64,000 nt of DNA from an uncultured delta proteobacterium (GTDB lineage: Bacteria; Desulfobacterota; Binatia; UBA9968), in assembly GCA_963760795.1 (NCBI GenBank), contig CAVXEP010000003.1:196179-260178 (forward strand). The letters run 5' to 3'. Position 1 is the stretch's first letter. Each line of letters opens with the position of its first letter. The notes below the pieces were generated by a model, which ran no database searches, had not been told where the DNA came from, and saw only the letters and a list, made by a program, of their open reading frames with translations. Position numbers and translations under genes: made by a program. Below, one piece after another: positions 10,026-20,573 of the stretch.

Positions 10026-10476
10026 GACGAACTCCTGGCGAGAAATTCCTCGACATCGGGCGGTTGAAAGACCGTCAGCGTTGCCGTAGCCACCGGCCCG
10101 CGCCCGATATCGACAATCTCGCAGTCAAAAGATGACAAACCGTTTTCCCCTTCCAACACGCGCGTTGCCACGATGCTTAGAACACTGCCGACGGGAAACA
10201 TTGGCCAGTTGCACTGATAACGCCGCGTGCCAAGTATGAAGCCAAGCCGAATCGGCTCGCCGCGCAGGCGCGCCCGGTAACCCGCGTAGGCGCCGATCGC
10301 CTGCGCCAAGTACTCGATGCCGACCAGGCACCAACCCCATCGGCGCGGCAGAACAGACTGTCTGGCCGAATCATCACTTCCGCGGTGACACTCTCCTCAT
10401 CGGCGGCAACCAGCCGGTCGAGCAGTACCATTGGCCCCGCGTGGGGCAGCAAAGATCGGATGTCAGCCATTTCCAT
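10022..10476 (-). pseudogene. hotdog-fold dehydratase ApeP-like, frameshifted
   Basis: LLPHAGPMVLLD...GAW then a 1-nt deletion near 10325, continuing GIEYLAQAIG..GFILGTR. Confidence 0.8.
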
Positions 10477-10478
10477 CG

Positions 10479-11666
10479 CTATTCACGCGCTAAAACTAAT
10501 ACGGCATTGGCACCGCCGAATGCAAAGGAATTACTGACCGCCCGGCGCAGCGGCCGGCCGAGGCCATACCCCGGCTCAGCTACATTGAGCGTTGGCAACT
10601 CCGGATCAGCATCACCATCCCACAAATGCGGCGGCAGCTTGCCGTTGGGATTATCATCCTGCATCGCCAGCCAACACAACCCCGCTTCAATCGCCCCCGC
10701 TGCTCCTAAAGCGTGTCCCGTCATGGGTTTTGTCGAACTGACCGGCTGTTCGTTGCCAAATAGGGTGGCCACGACGCGCGCTTCCATGGCGTCGTTTTGG
10801 ATCGTCCCTGTGCCGTGCAGATTCACGTAATCGATGTCTCGCGGGCCCATGCCCGCGCGCGCCAAGGCGCGTTCGATGGCCAGTTGCGCGCCAGTGCCGG
10901 CTGGATCGGGCGCCGAGATATGGTAGCCATCGGAGGACTCGCCCCAACCGCGCAGGGCAACCGTCGACGGATCTTCGCTCATGAGAAACAGCGCCGCTCC
11001 TTCCCCGATATTCATGCCATTTCGATTGCGGCTGAGCGGATTACACCGCGCCTCGCTCATCGATTCCAAGGCGCAGAATCCGGCAACTGTAAATTGGCAT
11101 AGTGAATCGACCCCTCCCGCCAATACCGCATCGCAAAGTCCCATGCGAATCAAACGCGCCGCGCTGGCTAGCGCCTTGGCGCTCGAAGCGCAGGCACTAG
11201 AGGCAACACAGGCGGGACCGCTAACGCCAAGCTTGGCAGCCAACATGGCCGCAGCGGAGCTCAGTTCTTGCTGGCCGTAATGAAATTGCGTCGGCAGTTT
11301 TCCGGTAACGACATGCTCGTGCAAAGCCGCTTCCCCCTCACCGATTCCTGAGGTGCTGGTGCCGATCACCACTCCGCAACGCTGGGCGCCGTATCTTTCG
11401 ATGGCGGCATCGACCGCGGTGCGGATCTGCGCCAGTGCGGCCAGGGCTAATTGATTGTTATGGCTTCGTTGACTCACCGGCAAGTCATCAACCGCCGGCA
11501 GTAGCGCCGCCACGCGGCCGACCGGCAGCGACCGCCCCGGCGAAAATAGCTCGCTGCTGGCCACTCCGCTCTGCGCCAGATCGAGTGAATTGCGCTTAAT
11601 CTCGCCCCGGTTCGCGCCCAACGAACAGATCATGCCCAAAGCATTTAGGTAACAAGTCTTCATCAC
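10479..11666 (-). CDS. aryl polyene ketosynthase (ApeO-like)
   Basis: SACASSAKA, NLHGTGT, KPMTGHALGAAG, SFAFGG. Confidence 0.92.
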   Translation of the reverse strand: MMKTCYLNALGMICSLGANRGEIKRNSLDLAQSGVASSELFSPGRSLPVGRVAALLPAVDDLPVSQRSHNNQLALAALAQIRTAVDAAIERYGAQRCGVVIGTSTSGIGEGEAALHEHVVTGKLPTQFHYGQQELSSAAAMLAAKLGVSGPACVASSACASSAKALASAARLIRMGLCDAVLAGGVDSLCQFTVAGFCALESMSEARCNPLSRNRNGMNIGEGAALFLMSEDPSTVALRGWGESSDGYHISAPDPAGTGAQLAIERALARAGMGPRDIDYVNLHGTGTIQNDAMEARVVATLFGNEQPVSSTKPMTGHALGAAGAIEAGLCWLAMQDDNPNGKLPPHLWDGDADPELPTLNVAEPGYGLGRPLRRAVSNSFAFGGANAVLVLARE

Positions 11667-12226
11667 GGGTTTGTCACGGACTCAATCGTTATTCGGTAGC
11701 CGTAGCGTAGATTGGTCAGTTCCACGCTGCTGCCCCAGCGCAATGGCCCGCCATAGTTGATCACAATAACCGGCGCCGTGTCGAACCACAGGACACGGCG
11801 CAAGCCGCGCTCCTCGATATGCCACTGCGCCGGCAACGCGCTACGAATCGCATCCGCCGGCCATAACGTCAGCTGCAAATCTTCAAGCACATCTTCGGCG
11901 CGCAATTGACTCGGCACCCCCGGGTGCCGCCAGGTTTGCACCGCTTGGCCGTCGAAAACCAGTGACAGCATGCGTTGGCCAAGCATCAAGATAATCAGAT
12001 GGACGCTCTGTTCGTCAACTTCCAGCGCGGCATCGAGCTGGTCGATGCGGCCGTCGCGCTGAACGGTCAAACGCTGTTGCAAACTGATCGATTCGCCAAG
12101 CGATGCGGGCGAAAGCTTGAGACCCAGGCGCAGCGCAGCCGGCGCGGCGCAGCCGGTTATTAAATACCCGAGCAGGACCAGCCAGCAAAGATTCCCGGCG
12201 CGGCCGCTTAAAGCGACAAAGCGCAA
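11663..12226 (-). CDS. DUF3261-family lipoprotein (ApeN-like)
   Basis: Lipobox LITGC, LEDLQLTLWP motif, position between halogenase and KS; the start is uncertain. Confidence 0.75.
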   Translation of the reverse strand: MRFVALSGRAGNLCWLVLLGYLITGCAAPAALRLGLKLSPASLGESISLQQRLTVQRDGRIDQLDAALEVDEQSVHLIILMLGQRMLSLVFDGQAVQTWRHPGVPSQLRAEDVLEDLQLTLWPADAIRSALPAQWHIEERGLRRVLWFDTAPVIVINYGGPLRWGSSVELTNLRYGYRITIESVTNP

Positions 12227-13437
12227 AATTCCTCCAATGCGGCTAAACGCCGCTTGGGCTCGCGCACATACGGGTTGGTTTCATCCCATGCGTAGCCGGC
12301 AAGGATCGCGGTAATCATACGCCGAACATCAGGCGGCGCGGCATCAAAAAAAATATTTTCTGAAACTCGCCAGCGTACCACGAGTCGACGTAAGCGCGAA
12401 AAGTATCGACACCGACTTTAAGCGGCTGGGCGAAATCGTTGTCCCAATCGACACACTCGCCCGACAGTTGGCGTCTCAGGGCGCGCGCGGCCAGACTCGC
12501 CGATTTGAAGGCGATGGTGACACCGGAGGAGAAAATCGGGTCGAGAAACTCGCCGGCATTGCCGAGGAGCGCGAAGCCTTTGCCCCAGAGCGATTTAACG
12601 TTGGCGGCATAGCCGACAAGATGGCGCGCCGGCGTGTCCCAACGCGCCTGTTCGACTAGATCGCCAAGGGTCGGCGCGGTGCGGACCAAGGCCTGCAATC
12701 GTTCCCTGTCGGTACCCGAATAGTCTCGACTAAAAAATCGATTTCTGCCGACGACGCCGATGGAACAACGGCCATCGGCAAAGGGAATAAGCCAGTACCA
12801 TACGTCGTCGCGGTCGGGATGAACCGTGATGAGGATCTTGTTGCGATCGAAGCCGTCGTCATCGATACCATCCTCGATATGGGTAAAAATCGCGCCGCGC
12901 ACGGGAAAATTTGATGGCGCCTCCAAGTCGAGCAGACGGGGCAACACCCGGCCAAAACCGCTGGCATCGAGCAGGAAGTTGGCTTCGATTGTATAAACTT
13001 GGCCCTGCGGATCTCGCACCGTTAGCTGCGGCTTATCACGCTCCACATCCACCGCCAGCACTTCATGGCGGTAGCGCACCTCCGCGCCCTGGGCTTCGGC
13101 TTGCAGGGCAAGTAAATGATCGAAGCGCGCCCGCTGCACTTGGAAAGTCGTGCTCCATCCGGGCGTAGATTTATCGTGAAAATCGAACTGGGTGCGCTTG
13201 TCGCCATGGACAAAAACCGCGCCATTTTTTAATTGAAATCCACCCTGCTGCACCGCACCCAGCATGCCGGCCTCTTCTAAATACTGCATGCTTTGCGGCA
13301 ACAAACTCTCGCCGATGCTAAAGCGCGGGAACTGTTCGCGCTCGAGCACCAACACGCGCCTGCCCTGTTTGCGCAGACAGCGCTGCAGCGACCGCGCCGG
13401 CGGGGCCAGCACCGATAATCAAAACCTCCGGGTTCAT
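12208..13437 (-). pseudogene. flavin-dependent halogenase/oxidoreductase (xanthomonadin-cluster type), two frameshifts
   Basis: MNPEVLIIGAGPAG, FPRFSIGESLLP, FQLKNGA, WYWLIP (WxWxIP), GNAGEFLDPIFSSG. One frameshift lies near 13378 and one in the A-run near 12350; the C-terminus ILAGYAWD..NPYV is in another frame. Confidence 0.82.
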
Positions 13438-13483
13438 GAAACTCCACCCACAACGCAACCCCCGCAACAAAGCAATTCGGATG

Positions 13484-13589
13484 ATTCACCGCCGAGACGC
13501 TGAGACCGCAAAGTTCGGAGAAGAGAGATGGTCGAAGAAAAACGAATCAAGATCCGACCTCTGCGTCCTCCGCGCCTCTGCGGTGCAAT
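13484..13589. repeat. REP/MITE-like imperfect inverted repeat (caccgc.gagacgc.gag ... ctctgcgtcctccgcgcctctgcggtg)
   Basis: Palindromic ends are visible; the right arm overlaps the MMPL 3' end. Confidence 0.65.
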
Positions 13590-15943
13590 TTCCGAGATCC
13601 TCTTCGCCCCCGCTCCACCGCGAAACAAGGCACTATCAGCGCGACAGTCGCAATGCCAATCAACATGGTCAGGCCAAACGCGCGCAGCGCCGGTGTCTGG
13701 CTCAATCCCAACAAGCCAAAGGAAAGCTGCGTGCTGAGCGCCGATAAAACAGTGGCCAACCAAGCCGTCGGGTCACCCCGCAGCGGGTGTTCCTGAAAAA
13801 AGATTCCATAATCGACACCTATACCAAGCAGCAGCATGAGAGCCAAAACATGAAACAGCTGCAAACTGACCCCCGCGGCGCCGAACAAAGCGAGGGTCGC
13901 AACGCTGGCCAAACCGATGGGCGCTACGGCGCGCCAAGCGCGGCCGCGGTAACGCGGGAAGAGCAAAAGATACACGCCGAGATAGGAAACTAGCACAACC
14001 CAACTCATATAACGGCGGTAATCTGCCAACAAGGATGAAATCTCACCGACCTTGTCAACCCATTCGACTCCCTGCAACCCGGTCGCTGCCGCACGCAACG
14101 CCGGCAGCGTTGCCGGTGTCACATTACGCACGGCCACCACACTGGCGTAATTGTTGTCGATCTTGCCGATCCATAGGTGGCGCCAGGGTTCGCTCGCGGG
14201 AGATTGCAGAAATAGCTCGGGGGTCAGCGGCGGGCGCGGCGCGAGCAAACGTTCGCGCGTGGCGGCAACCCACCTGTCGGCCTCGCCGAGCTGTGAGGCC
14301 AGAGTCTTTAGCGGCCCGTTTTTGACGAACAACGTCCGCTCAACGGCAGCACGACGACGCTCTTGAGCCTCGAGCGATGGCACCCAGTTGGAAATCGCCT
14401 GATAACCACCGAACACTTTTTTCTCAATTAAAAGATCGAGTCGTTGTCGCAAAGTTTCTTCAGCGCGCAGGACCATCTCGGAAGTCGGTCCACGCACCAG
14501 ATAAAATTGCACCGGCGACGGCGCATCGAGGAGCTGGCTTAACTTTATCTGTTCGGCCACCAGCCGCTTGGGCGGGTTTTGCAGCAGTCGGATATCATCT
14601 TGAACGCTTAAGTTCGACACTCCATAAGCGGCAAATACCGCGAAGGCCGCGGCCCATAATAAAGTCCTCCCATCCGCCCGGACCAAAGGCCAAGCGCCGA
14701 GGCTTCGTGCCAGCCAAGGCAGCAGCCGCGCGGCTTTGACCGACCCCAACGGCACGAGTGCGGGGAACCAAAATACCACAGTCAACCAAGCGCAAATAAG
14801 ACCCACAGCGGAGAATAAGGCCATTTGTTGCAAGCCCGGAAACGGCGTCAGGAGCAGAGCCAAATAACCGATCAAGGTGGTTATCCCCGTCAGCAGCATT
14901 GCCGGCAATAATTTCCGTAACAAGCTTTCGGAATCGACTGTTTCATTGGCGCAGCGATGGCACCAATAGTAAATCCCGTAATCCTGCGCCACGCCGATCA
15001 AACTCGCGCCGAATACCAACGTCAACATGTGGATGCGCTCGAAAATCAGCACGCAAATAGAAACTGCGCCCAGACAGCCGACGGCGACCGAGAGCATGAC
15101 CCACAGAACAGGCTTCAAGGAACGAAAAGTGAACCAGATCAACAACACAATACCGATCGTTGAGCCAGCGCCGATGGCCGACATTTCTGCCTGGGCTTTA
15201 GTGCTGGCCGCCGCTGCATGCAGCACCACACCGGCCGAGATAACTTCGCTACCCGAAACTGCTTTGCGCGCCGCGCGGCGCGCCTGGTTTAACAAAGGGA
15301 CAACAGCTTTCTGGGTCGCCACGGCAAAGGCTGAAGAGCGCAACGTCATCGGCAGCACGACATATTGGCGCTGGCCATCGCTGACGAAAAGTTTGCCATC
15401 GCGCGGCCGCACCGGAGTTTCCTGGGCGCGCGCTTGCAGCCATTCACCGAACAAACCGAACGGATCGTCCTGCCACGAAACGGCTTTGGGTCCGCTGAAC
15501 GGACGATACAATTGGCGCGCCGCGCTTTCCACCCAATAGGAGGCCGGTTGATTGGCCAGTGCCACTTCGGCGTCTCGGGTTATCAGGGCGATGCGGTAGG
15601 GCTGAAACTGCGCCAACCAATCGGCCTTATTCTCCAAGCGCCCTAGATCGGCCACCTGAAGAAGGTGGCCGTGCGGCTTCAGCACTGCCAGATAGCTATC
15701 GGCGGCACGGCTGGCGCGCCCCCAATCGTCGGAACCAATCAAAACCACGACCCGCTGCTGAGCGGTGTCAACCATGCGGCCAAAGGCGGCGCTCAAGAGT
15801 GGATCCTGGCGATCGACGGGCATGAGCGCGAGGATATCGGTGTCGGGAACCAAGCGCTGGCCGAACCACAGATAGCCGTTGTGCGCCAGGAACAAACTCA
15901 CGAATATCGCCCAGAGCCGCGTCATCGAGCGCCCCCGGCTCAA
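13547..15943 (-). CDS. MMPL/RND-type exporter (ApeM-like)
   Basis: 798 aa, two hydrophobic halves, FGASLIGVAQDY and LGIGVDYGIF motifs. Confidence 0.9.
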   Translation of the reverse strand: MSRGRSMTRLWAIFVSLFLAHNGYLWFGQRLVPDTDILALMPVDRQDPLLSAAFGRMVDTAQQRVVVLIGSDDWGRASRAADSYLAVLKPHGHLLQVADLGRLENKADWLAQFQPYRIALITRDAEVALANQPASYWVESAARQLYRPFSGPKAVSWQDDPFGLFGEWLQARAQETPVRPRDGKLFVSDGQRQYVVLPMTLRSSAFAVATQKAVVPLLNQARRAARKAVSGSEVISAGVVLHAAAASTKAQAEMSAIGAGSTIGIVLLIWFTFRSLKPVLWVMLSVAVGCLGAVSICVLIFERIHMLTLVFGASLIGVAQDYGIYYWCHRCANETVDSESLLRKLLPAMLLTGITTLIGYLALLLTPFPGLQQMALFSAVGLICAWLTVVFWFPALVPLGSVKAARLLPWLARSLGAWPLVRADGRTLLWAAAFAVFAAYGVSNLSVQDDIRLLQNPPKRLVAEQIKLSQLLDAPSPVQFYLVRGPTSEMVLRAEETLRQRLDLLIEKKVFGGYQAISNWVPSLEAQERRRAAVERTLFVKNGPLKTLASQLGEADRWVAATRERLLAPRPPLTPELFLQSPASEPWRHLWIGKIDNNYASVVAVRNVTPATLPALRAAATGLQGVEWVDKVGEISSLLADYRRYMSWVVLVSYLGVYLLLFPRYRGRAWRAVAPIGLASVATLALFGAAGVSLQLFHVLALMLLLGIGVDYGIFFQEHPLRGDPTAWLATVLSALSTQLSFGLLGLSQTPALRAFGLTMLIGIATVALIVPCFAVERGRRGSRKLHRRGAEDAEVGS

Positions 15944-16542
15944 AAGAGCGCCGCTTCATCGGCGCTCATGGCGTCCGCGCCGCTTTGGATCGTCGTAAAA
16001 ACGATCTGGGTACGATCGCCGTTGGCTTCTTGCAGAGCGATCTTGTTCACATAGACGCCGCCCTCGATCAAAATGCTGTCAATCACCTTAGCTAAACCCG
16101 GCTCGCGCGCTTTCAACGTCACGCTCCAATTGTTTTGTTGAATCGTCCCATCCGCATCGAACAGTTTCTCCAGTGGGCCGAAATCGCCGGCGAGCAGCGC
16201 GAACATGACGCTATTGATCGTTCTTATCGTCGGCTCTTGCTTGGCGTCGAGGCGTTGCGTGATGCGCTCGCCTTGCATCATGACGATCTCGTCGCGGGAG
16301 AGCTTCACCGTATTGGGAAATGGCGCCAGCGTGCGCCAGAGCACGCCTTTTTCGGCCAGCACGCAGAACCGGCCATTGGAAAGCACCGGCCGCTTCAACC
16401 CGACCAGCTGCTTGCTTTGTTCGAAGCGGCCGCAAAGAATCTTGGGCTTCGCCAATATCGCTTGTATTTTTGCCACCGGTGCGGCGCCCAGCGCCAGCAA
16501 CGCAGCCCAGACAACAGCACTCGCCAACCCCAATCGTTTCAT
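15940..16542 (-). CDS. LolA-like lipoprotein carrier (ApeL-like)
   Basis: Signal peptide MKRLGLASAVVWAALLA, GRFEQSK..L.RP..SNGRF..GVLW...PFP. Confidence 0.85.
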   Translation of the reverse strand: MKRLGLASAVVWAALLALGAAPVAKIQAILAKPKILCGRFEQSKQLVGLKRPVLSNGRFCVLAEKGVLWRTLAPFPNTVKLSRDEIVMMQGERITQRLDAKQEPTIRTINSVMFALLAGDFGPLEKLFDADGTIQQNNWSVTLKAREPGLAKVIDSILIEGGVYVNKIALQEANGDRTQIVFTTIQSGADAMSADEAALF

Positions 16543-16967
16543 GGCGGCGACACTCCCAATTTCTCGAACAGCACCGGCGGTGAGACAAAACACATCTCGC
16601 CACTCGTCCCGTCGACGGCGACTTGCGTAGTAGTAGCGCGCGAGAGCCGGCGCCCCGTCATCGCGTCGTTGATCAAATACTGAATCTTGAGACGATTTTG
16701 CCACTCGACAATTTCAGCGCGCAATTTCAGCCGCTGCCCAAAGGTTGCCGGGCTAGCGTAACGAATATGCATATCGATCACCGGCCAAGCATAGCCGGAT
16801 GCTTTCATCTGCTGGTAGTTGTAGCCGATCCGATCGAGCAACGCGCAACGTGCGATTTCTAAATACTTGACATAGTGGCCGTGCCATACGACCTCCATGG
16901 GATCGAGATCGAAAAATTGCACCTGGGTCTCTATTTCAGCAACCCAACGGCTGGGAGTTTTACTCAT
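16539..16967 (-). CDS. acyl-CoA thioesterase (ApeK-like, 4HBT family)
   Basis: FFDLDPMEVVWHGHYVKYLE motif. Confidence 0.88.
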   Translation of the reverse strand: MSKTPSRWVAEIETQVQFFDLDPMEVVWHGHYVKYLEIARCALLDRIGYNYQQMKASGYAWPVIDMHIRYASPATFGQRLKLRAEIVEWQNRLKIQYLINDAMTGRRLSRATTTQVAVDGTSGEMCFVSPPVLFEKLGVSPP

Positions 16968-17003
16968 AAGTGTTTCAGGCTTTGTCTGGATGGAGAAAAG
17001 AAA

Positions 17004-17290
17004 TTTCACCACGAAGTGTTTCATGAGCTTGCGCTCGTCTACAGATCATGAAAATACCGGAAGCCCCCTCCCGAGGGTTCATTCCTTAGACTCGTCATGC
17101 CGGCGCAGGCCGGCATCCAGGGGCGGGAGGGGGGATGGATACCGGCCTGCGCCGGTATGACGGACAGAGAGTCGTTATCGACGCGCAGATCATCGCTGCA
17201 CGTGAATTTTCGAAGGAGGCACGAAGGACACGAACGTTTCAGATGACCAAAGCTCCGAACTTCGTGGTCTTCGTGTCCTTCGTGGTGAAA
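17004..17290. repeat. nested intergenic palindromic elements (MITE enclosing a REP doublet)
   Basis: Outer inverted repeat tttcaccacgaag (17004-17016) / cttcgtggtgaaa (17278-17290). Inner REP pair cgtcatgccggcgcaggccggcatcca (17093-17119) / tggataccggcctgcgccggtatgacg (17136-17162). Confidence 0.8.
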
Positions 17291-17317
17291 ATATCTTCGC
17301 ATTAAACCAGGAATAAC

Positions 17318-18875
17318 CTACTGATAAATCTTCCATGCCCGGCTGCGCATCCGGTCGAGCAGCAGCCTTAGGTCGGGTTCCAAACGGCGATCCTCCTCAA
17401 TCACAGCGATGTCGCCACTGAGCGCATCGATCATGGTTTGGAGCGCCGGGCTTGGCGCCAAAGCTGGATTCAAACGACAGCGCAACCAAGCGGCCTGGCG
17501 CACCGTGATCAACAATCCAGCGGCCACCTGTTCGGTCAATTCCAACACCCGCGTGCAGTCGCGCGCCGCGATGGTGCCCATGCTGACCTTGTCTTGGTTG
17601 TGGCATTCGGTGGAGCGGGAAAACACCGACGGCCGGCATAGTCAGCTTAAGCGCTTCCGCGGTCCACGCCGAGACGCTGATCTGCAGCGCCTTGAGACCA
17701 TGATTGATCGCCGCGCGCGGGCCAGTGACGCCGGAGAGATTGGCCGGCAAGCCGTTGCTGTAGCGGCTGTCGACTAACAAGGCCATTTGCCGGTCGAGTA
17801 AATCGGCTAGGTTGGCCACGGCGTTTTTCATGCTGTCCATGGCGAAGGCGATATGGCCGCCGTAAAAATGGCCGCCATGCAGCACCCGTTCGCTCGCGGC
17901 GTCGATGATCGGATTGTCATTGGCGCTGTTCAGTTCATTTTCGATGTACGAGCGCAGCCACGGCAGCGCATCGGCGAGCACGCCGATGACATGGGGCGCG
18001 CAGCGAATCGAATAGCGGTCCTGCAGCCGTTTGCCGTCGTCGGCGGATAGTTGAACCGGTAAATCTTGGCGCAGCCAGCCAGCCACCGATTGTTGGCCGG
18101 GATGGGGTTTGACCGAAAATAACGTCGCGTCAAAATGCTCGGCGTTACCGTCGAGAGCGAAGGACGCCAGCGCGCTGATGCGGGTTGTCAGCCGGGTGAG
18201 GTATTCGGCACGCACATAGTTCAAGCAGGCCAGACCGGTCATCACCGCCGTGCCGTTCATGATCGCCAGCGCTTCCTTCGGCCGCAGACGCAGCGGCGTA
18301 ATGCCAGCCTCGGATAATACCGCAGCCGCAGGGACAGTCGCGCCGCCGCGCAACACTTCGCCTTCGCCGCACATGACCGCGGCGAGATAGGACAGTGGCG
18401 TCAGATCGCCGCTGGCGCCCACCGAACCTTCGCAAGGAATCGCCGGCACGACATCATGCCTGAGCAAATTGACTAGCTGCTCCAACAAGCCGACGCTGAC
18501 GCCGGAAAACCCCTTGCACAGCGAGGTCAAACGGGTGGTGATCGCCGCGCGGGTTTCGCTTGGCGTGAAGTGGGCGCCGAGACCGCAACCGTGAAAGATG
18601 TAGAGATGGCGCGGCAGCTCCGCGATCAGCGCCGGCTCTATCGCGACGGTGCAGGAATCGCCGAAGCCGGTGGTGACACCGTAAATCACGCCATCTGCGG
18701 CGAGCCGGCGGTCGAGAAAGTCTGCGCCGCGGGCAATCGCGGCGCGAAACTCCGGCGCCGTAGATAAACTCGCCGCCGCCGCTTTTTCAGCGATGGCGAC
18801 GATCTCTTCGATATCGCGCCAACCGGAGTCGAAGCACACCATGGGCGAGGAAGTTATAACTTTAGCGGGCTGCAT
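17318..18875 (-). pseudogene. aromatic amino acid ammonia-lyase (HAL/PAL/TAL family), one frameshift
   Basis: IYGVTTGFG, GSVGASGDL (MIO-forming ASG), QDRYSIRCAP, NDNP. A +1 frameshift near 17630 separates the C-terminus SRSTECHNQDKVSMG. Confidence 0.88.
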
Positions 18876-19845
18876 GATCGTCGTTCAGAGGACCTACTTG
18901 CCAAAAGTCATAAAAGTTAAACCATTGCAACGGCTCTTGCCGGCAGTAAGCCGCGAGCCGAGCCGCGTAGGCGGCAGCCAGGGCATCGAGCGCAGCCGGG
19001 CGATCTTTGCGCGGCAAGCGGATCGACTGGCGGAATAGCTCGATGTGAATTTCCCAACCGCGGCGGCTGCGCAGTGAAAACAGCAGATAGACCGGACACT
19101 GAAACAAGCTCGCAAGCACATAGGGCCCGATGGGAAACGGCGCCGGCGCGCCGAGAAAAAGCGCCAGAGCGACCCTGCCGTTGAGCGACACCGGAATACG
19201 GTCGCCGGCGATGGCGATAAATTCGCCCCGCGCAACTTTTGCCGCTAGCACCATGGCCGTGGCCGGTGTGATCTCGGTAACCTGGAGCAGATTGATTTCG
19301 CTTTGTGGATCAAGCCGCGCCAACAAACGATTGAATTTTTCGGCGTGTAAAGTATGCGTCAACACGGTCAGCTTTAGCCCTGGCTGGCGTCTCGACATCA
19401 CCCGGCATAACTCTAGATTACCGAAATGGGCGCAGATGAAAATGCCGCCGCGCCGCGCGGCAATTTGACCGGCTATCACATCGCCACCGTCGAGCCTGAC
19501 CTGCTCCTCGTCGAACCAACCTCCCCACAAGAGCATTTTATCAAGGAGAGTCTCCCCGAAGGCCGCGAAATGGCGCGCAACATCGATCAGGTTCGGTGCG
19601 CTTGCGCGCTGGCCACGCCAGGCAGCGAGTCGGCTCAGATAGCCGCGCGACGATTGCCGCGCTGCGCGCTGGGTCGTCAGATACCAGAACACCACCGGGC
19701 AAAGCAGCGCACGGAACGGCCAGCGACCCAAACAACGATAAAGCCAGAGCAGCAGGCGCATGCCCGCAACAAAGCTGAACTCATCGAGCTCCGCCCAGTG
19801 CGGCGCGCGAGCTTGGGATAAGGGCCGCGTCAACGCAGGCTCCAT
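18862..19845 (-). CDS. LpxL-like acyltransferase (aryl polyene cluster)
   Basis: CAHFGNLE (HxxxxE), IAGDRIP, FLGAPAPFP.GP, PLQWFNFYDFW. Confidence 0.88.
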   Translation of the reverse strand: MEPALTRPLSQARAPHWAELDEFSFVAGMRLLLWLYRCLGRWPFRALLCPVVFWYLTTQRAARQSSRGYLSRLAAWRGQRASAPNLIDVARHFAAFGETLLDKMLLWGGWFDEEQVRLDGGDVIAGQIAARRGGIFICAHFGNLELCRVMSRRQPGLKLTVLTHTLHAEKFNRLLARLDPQSEINLLQVTEITPATAMVLAAKVARGEFIAIAGDRIPVSLNGRVALALFLGAPAPFPIGPYVLASLFQCPVYLLFSLRSRRGWEIHIELFRQSIRLPRKDRPAALDALAAAYAARLAAYCRQEPLQWFNFYDFWQVGPLNDDHAAR

Positions 19846-20573
19846 TTGCGCATAATCAACATCGGCAGTCGCAGCAACATGCCGCAGAACAACCTGGCGT
19901 GCAAGTGCGCAATAAGTATGTTGTCCCACAATCCGCGAAAATGCGAACGCCCGTCTTTGGGATAACTCACGGTGGTGGGTAGGTTGACAATCTCCACCCC
20001 GTCCCAGTAGAGCCGCACCAATACTTCTATATCAAAATCCATACGCTGGCCGAGTTTTTGCCGCTGATCTAAGGCGATAAGTGGCGGCAACGGATAGACG
20101 CGAAAACCGCACATGGAATCCTTGATTTGCAACGACAGAGTATGGACCCACACCCAGACATGGGTCAGATAGCGCGCGCAAAGCCGCAACCATGGCACCG
20201 TTGCATCATACTTTGAATAGCCAACGATAAGCGCCTCGGGATGAAGACGTGCCCGCTCGACAAAGCGGGGAATATCGGCGGACCGGTGTTGACCATCCGC
20301 ATCGATCTGGAGCACATGGCTGTAGCCCAGTTGCGCAGCATGCCGCGCGCCCAACAACACGGCCCCTCCCTTTCCACGATTGACCGCGTGGCGTAACACG
20401 GTAAGTCGGCCCGGTCGCGCCGCGGCCATCACATCAAGAAGGCGCGCGCACTCCGCGGAGCTGGCGTCGTCCACCAGTATGCACGGCAAGTTCTGCGCAA
20501 CCACGGCATCCACAACCGCGCCGACTGCGCGTTCGTGGTTGTACACGGGAATCACGGCGCAGGGTTTAAACAT
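19830..20573 (-). CDS. glycosyltransferase family 2 (ApeJ GT part)
   Basis: VIPVYNH, VDDAS, NRGKGGAV, QIDADGQH, DSMCGFRVYPL. Confidence 0.9.
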   Translation of the reverse strand: MFKPCAVIPVYNHERAVGAVVDAVVAQNLPCILVDDASSAECARLLDVMAAARPGRLTVLRHAVNRGKGGAVLLGARHAAQLGYSHVLQIDADGQHRSADIPRFVERARLHPEALIVGYSKYDATVPWLRLCARYLTHVWVWVHTLSLQIKDSMCGFRVYPLPPLIALDQRQKLGQRMDFDIEVLVRLYWDGVEIVNLPTTVSYPKDGRSHFRGLWDNILIAHLHARLFCGMLLRLPMLIMRKWSLR

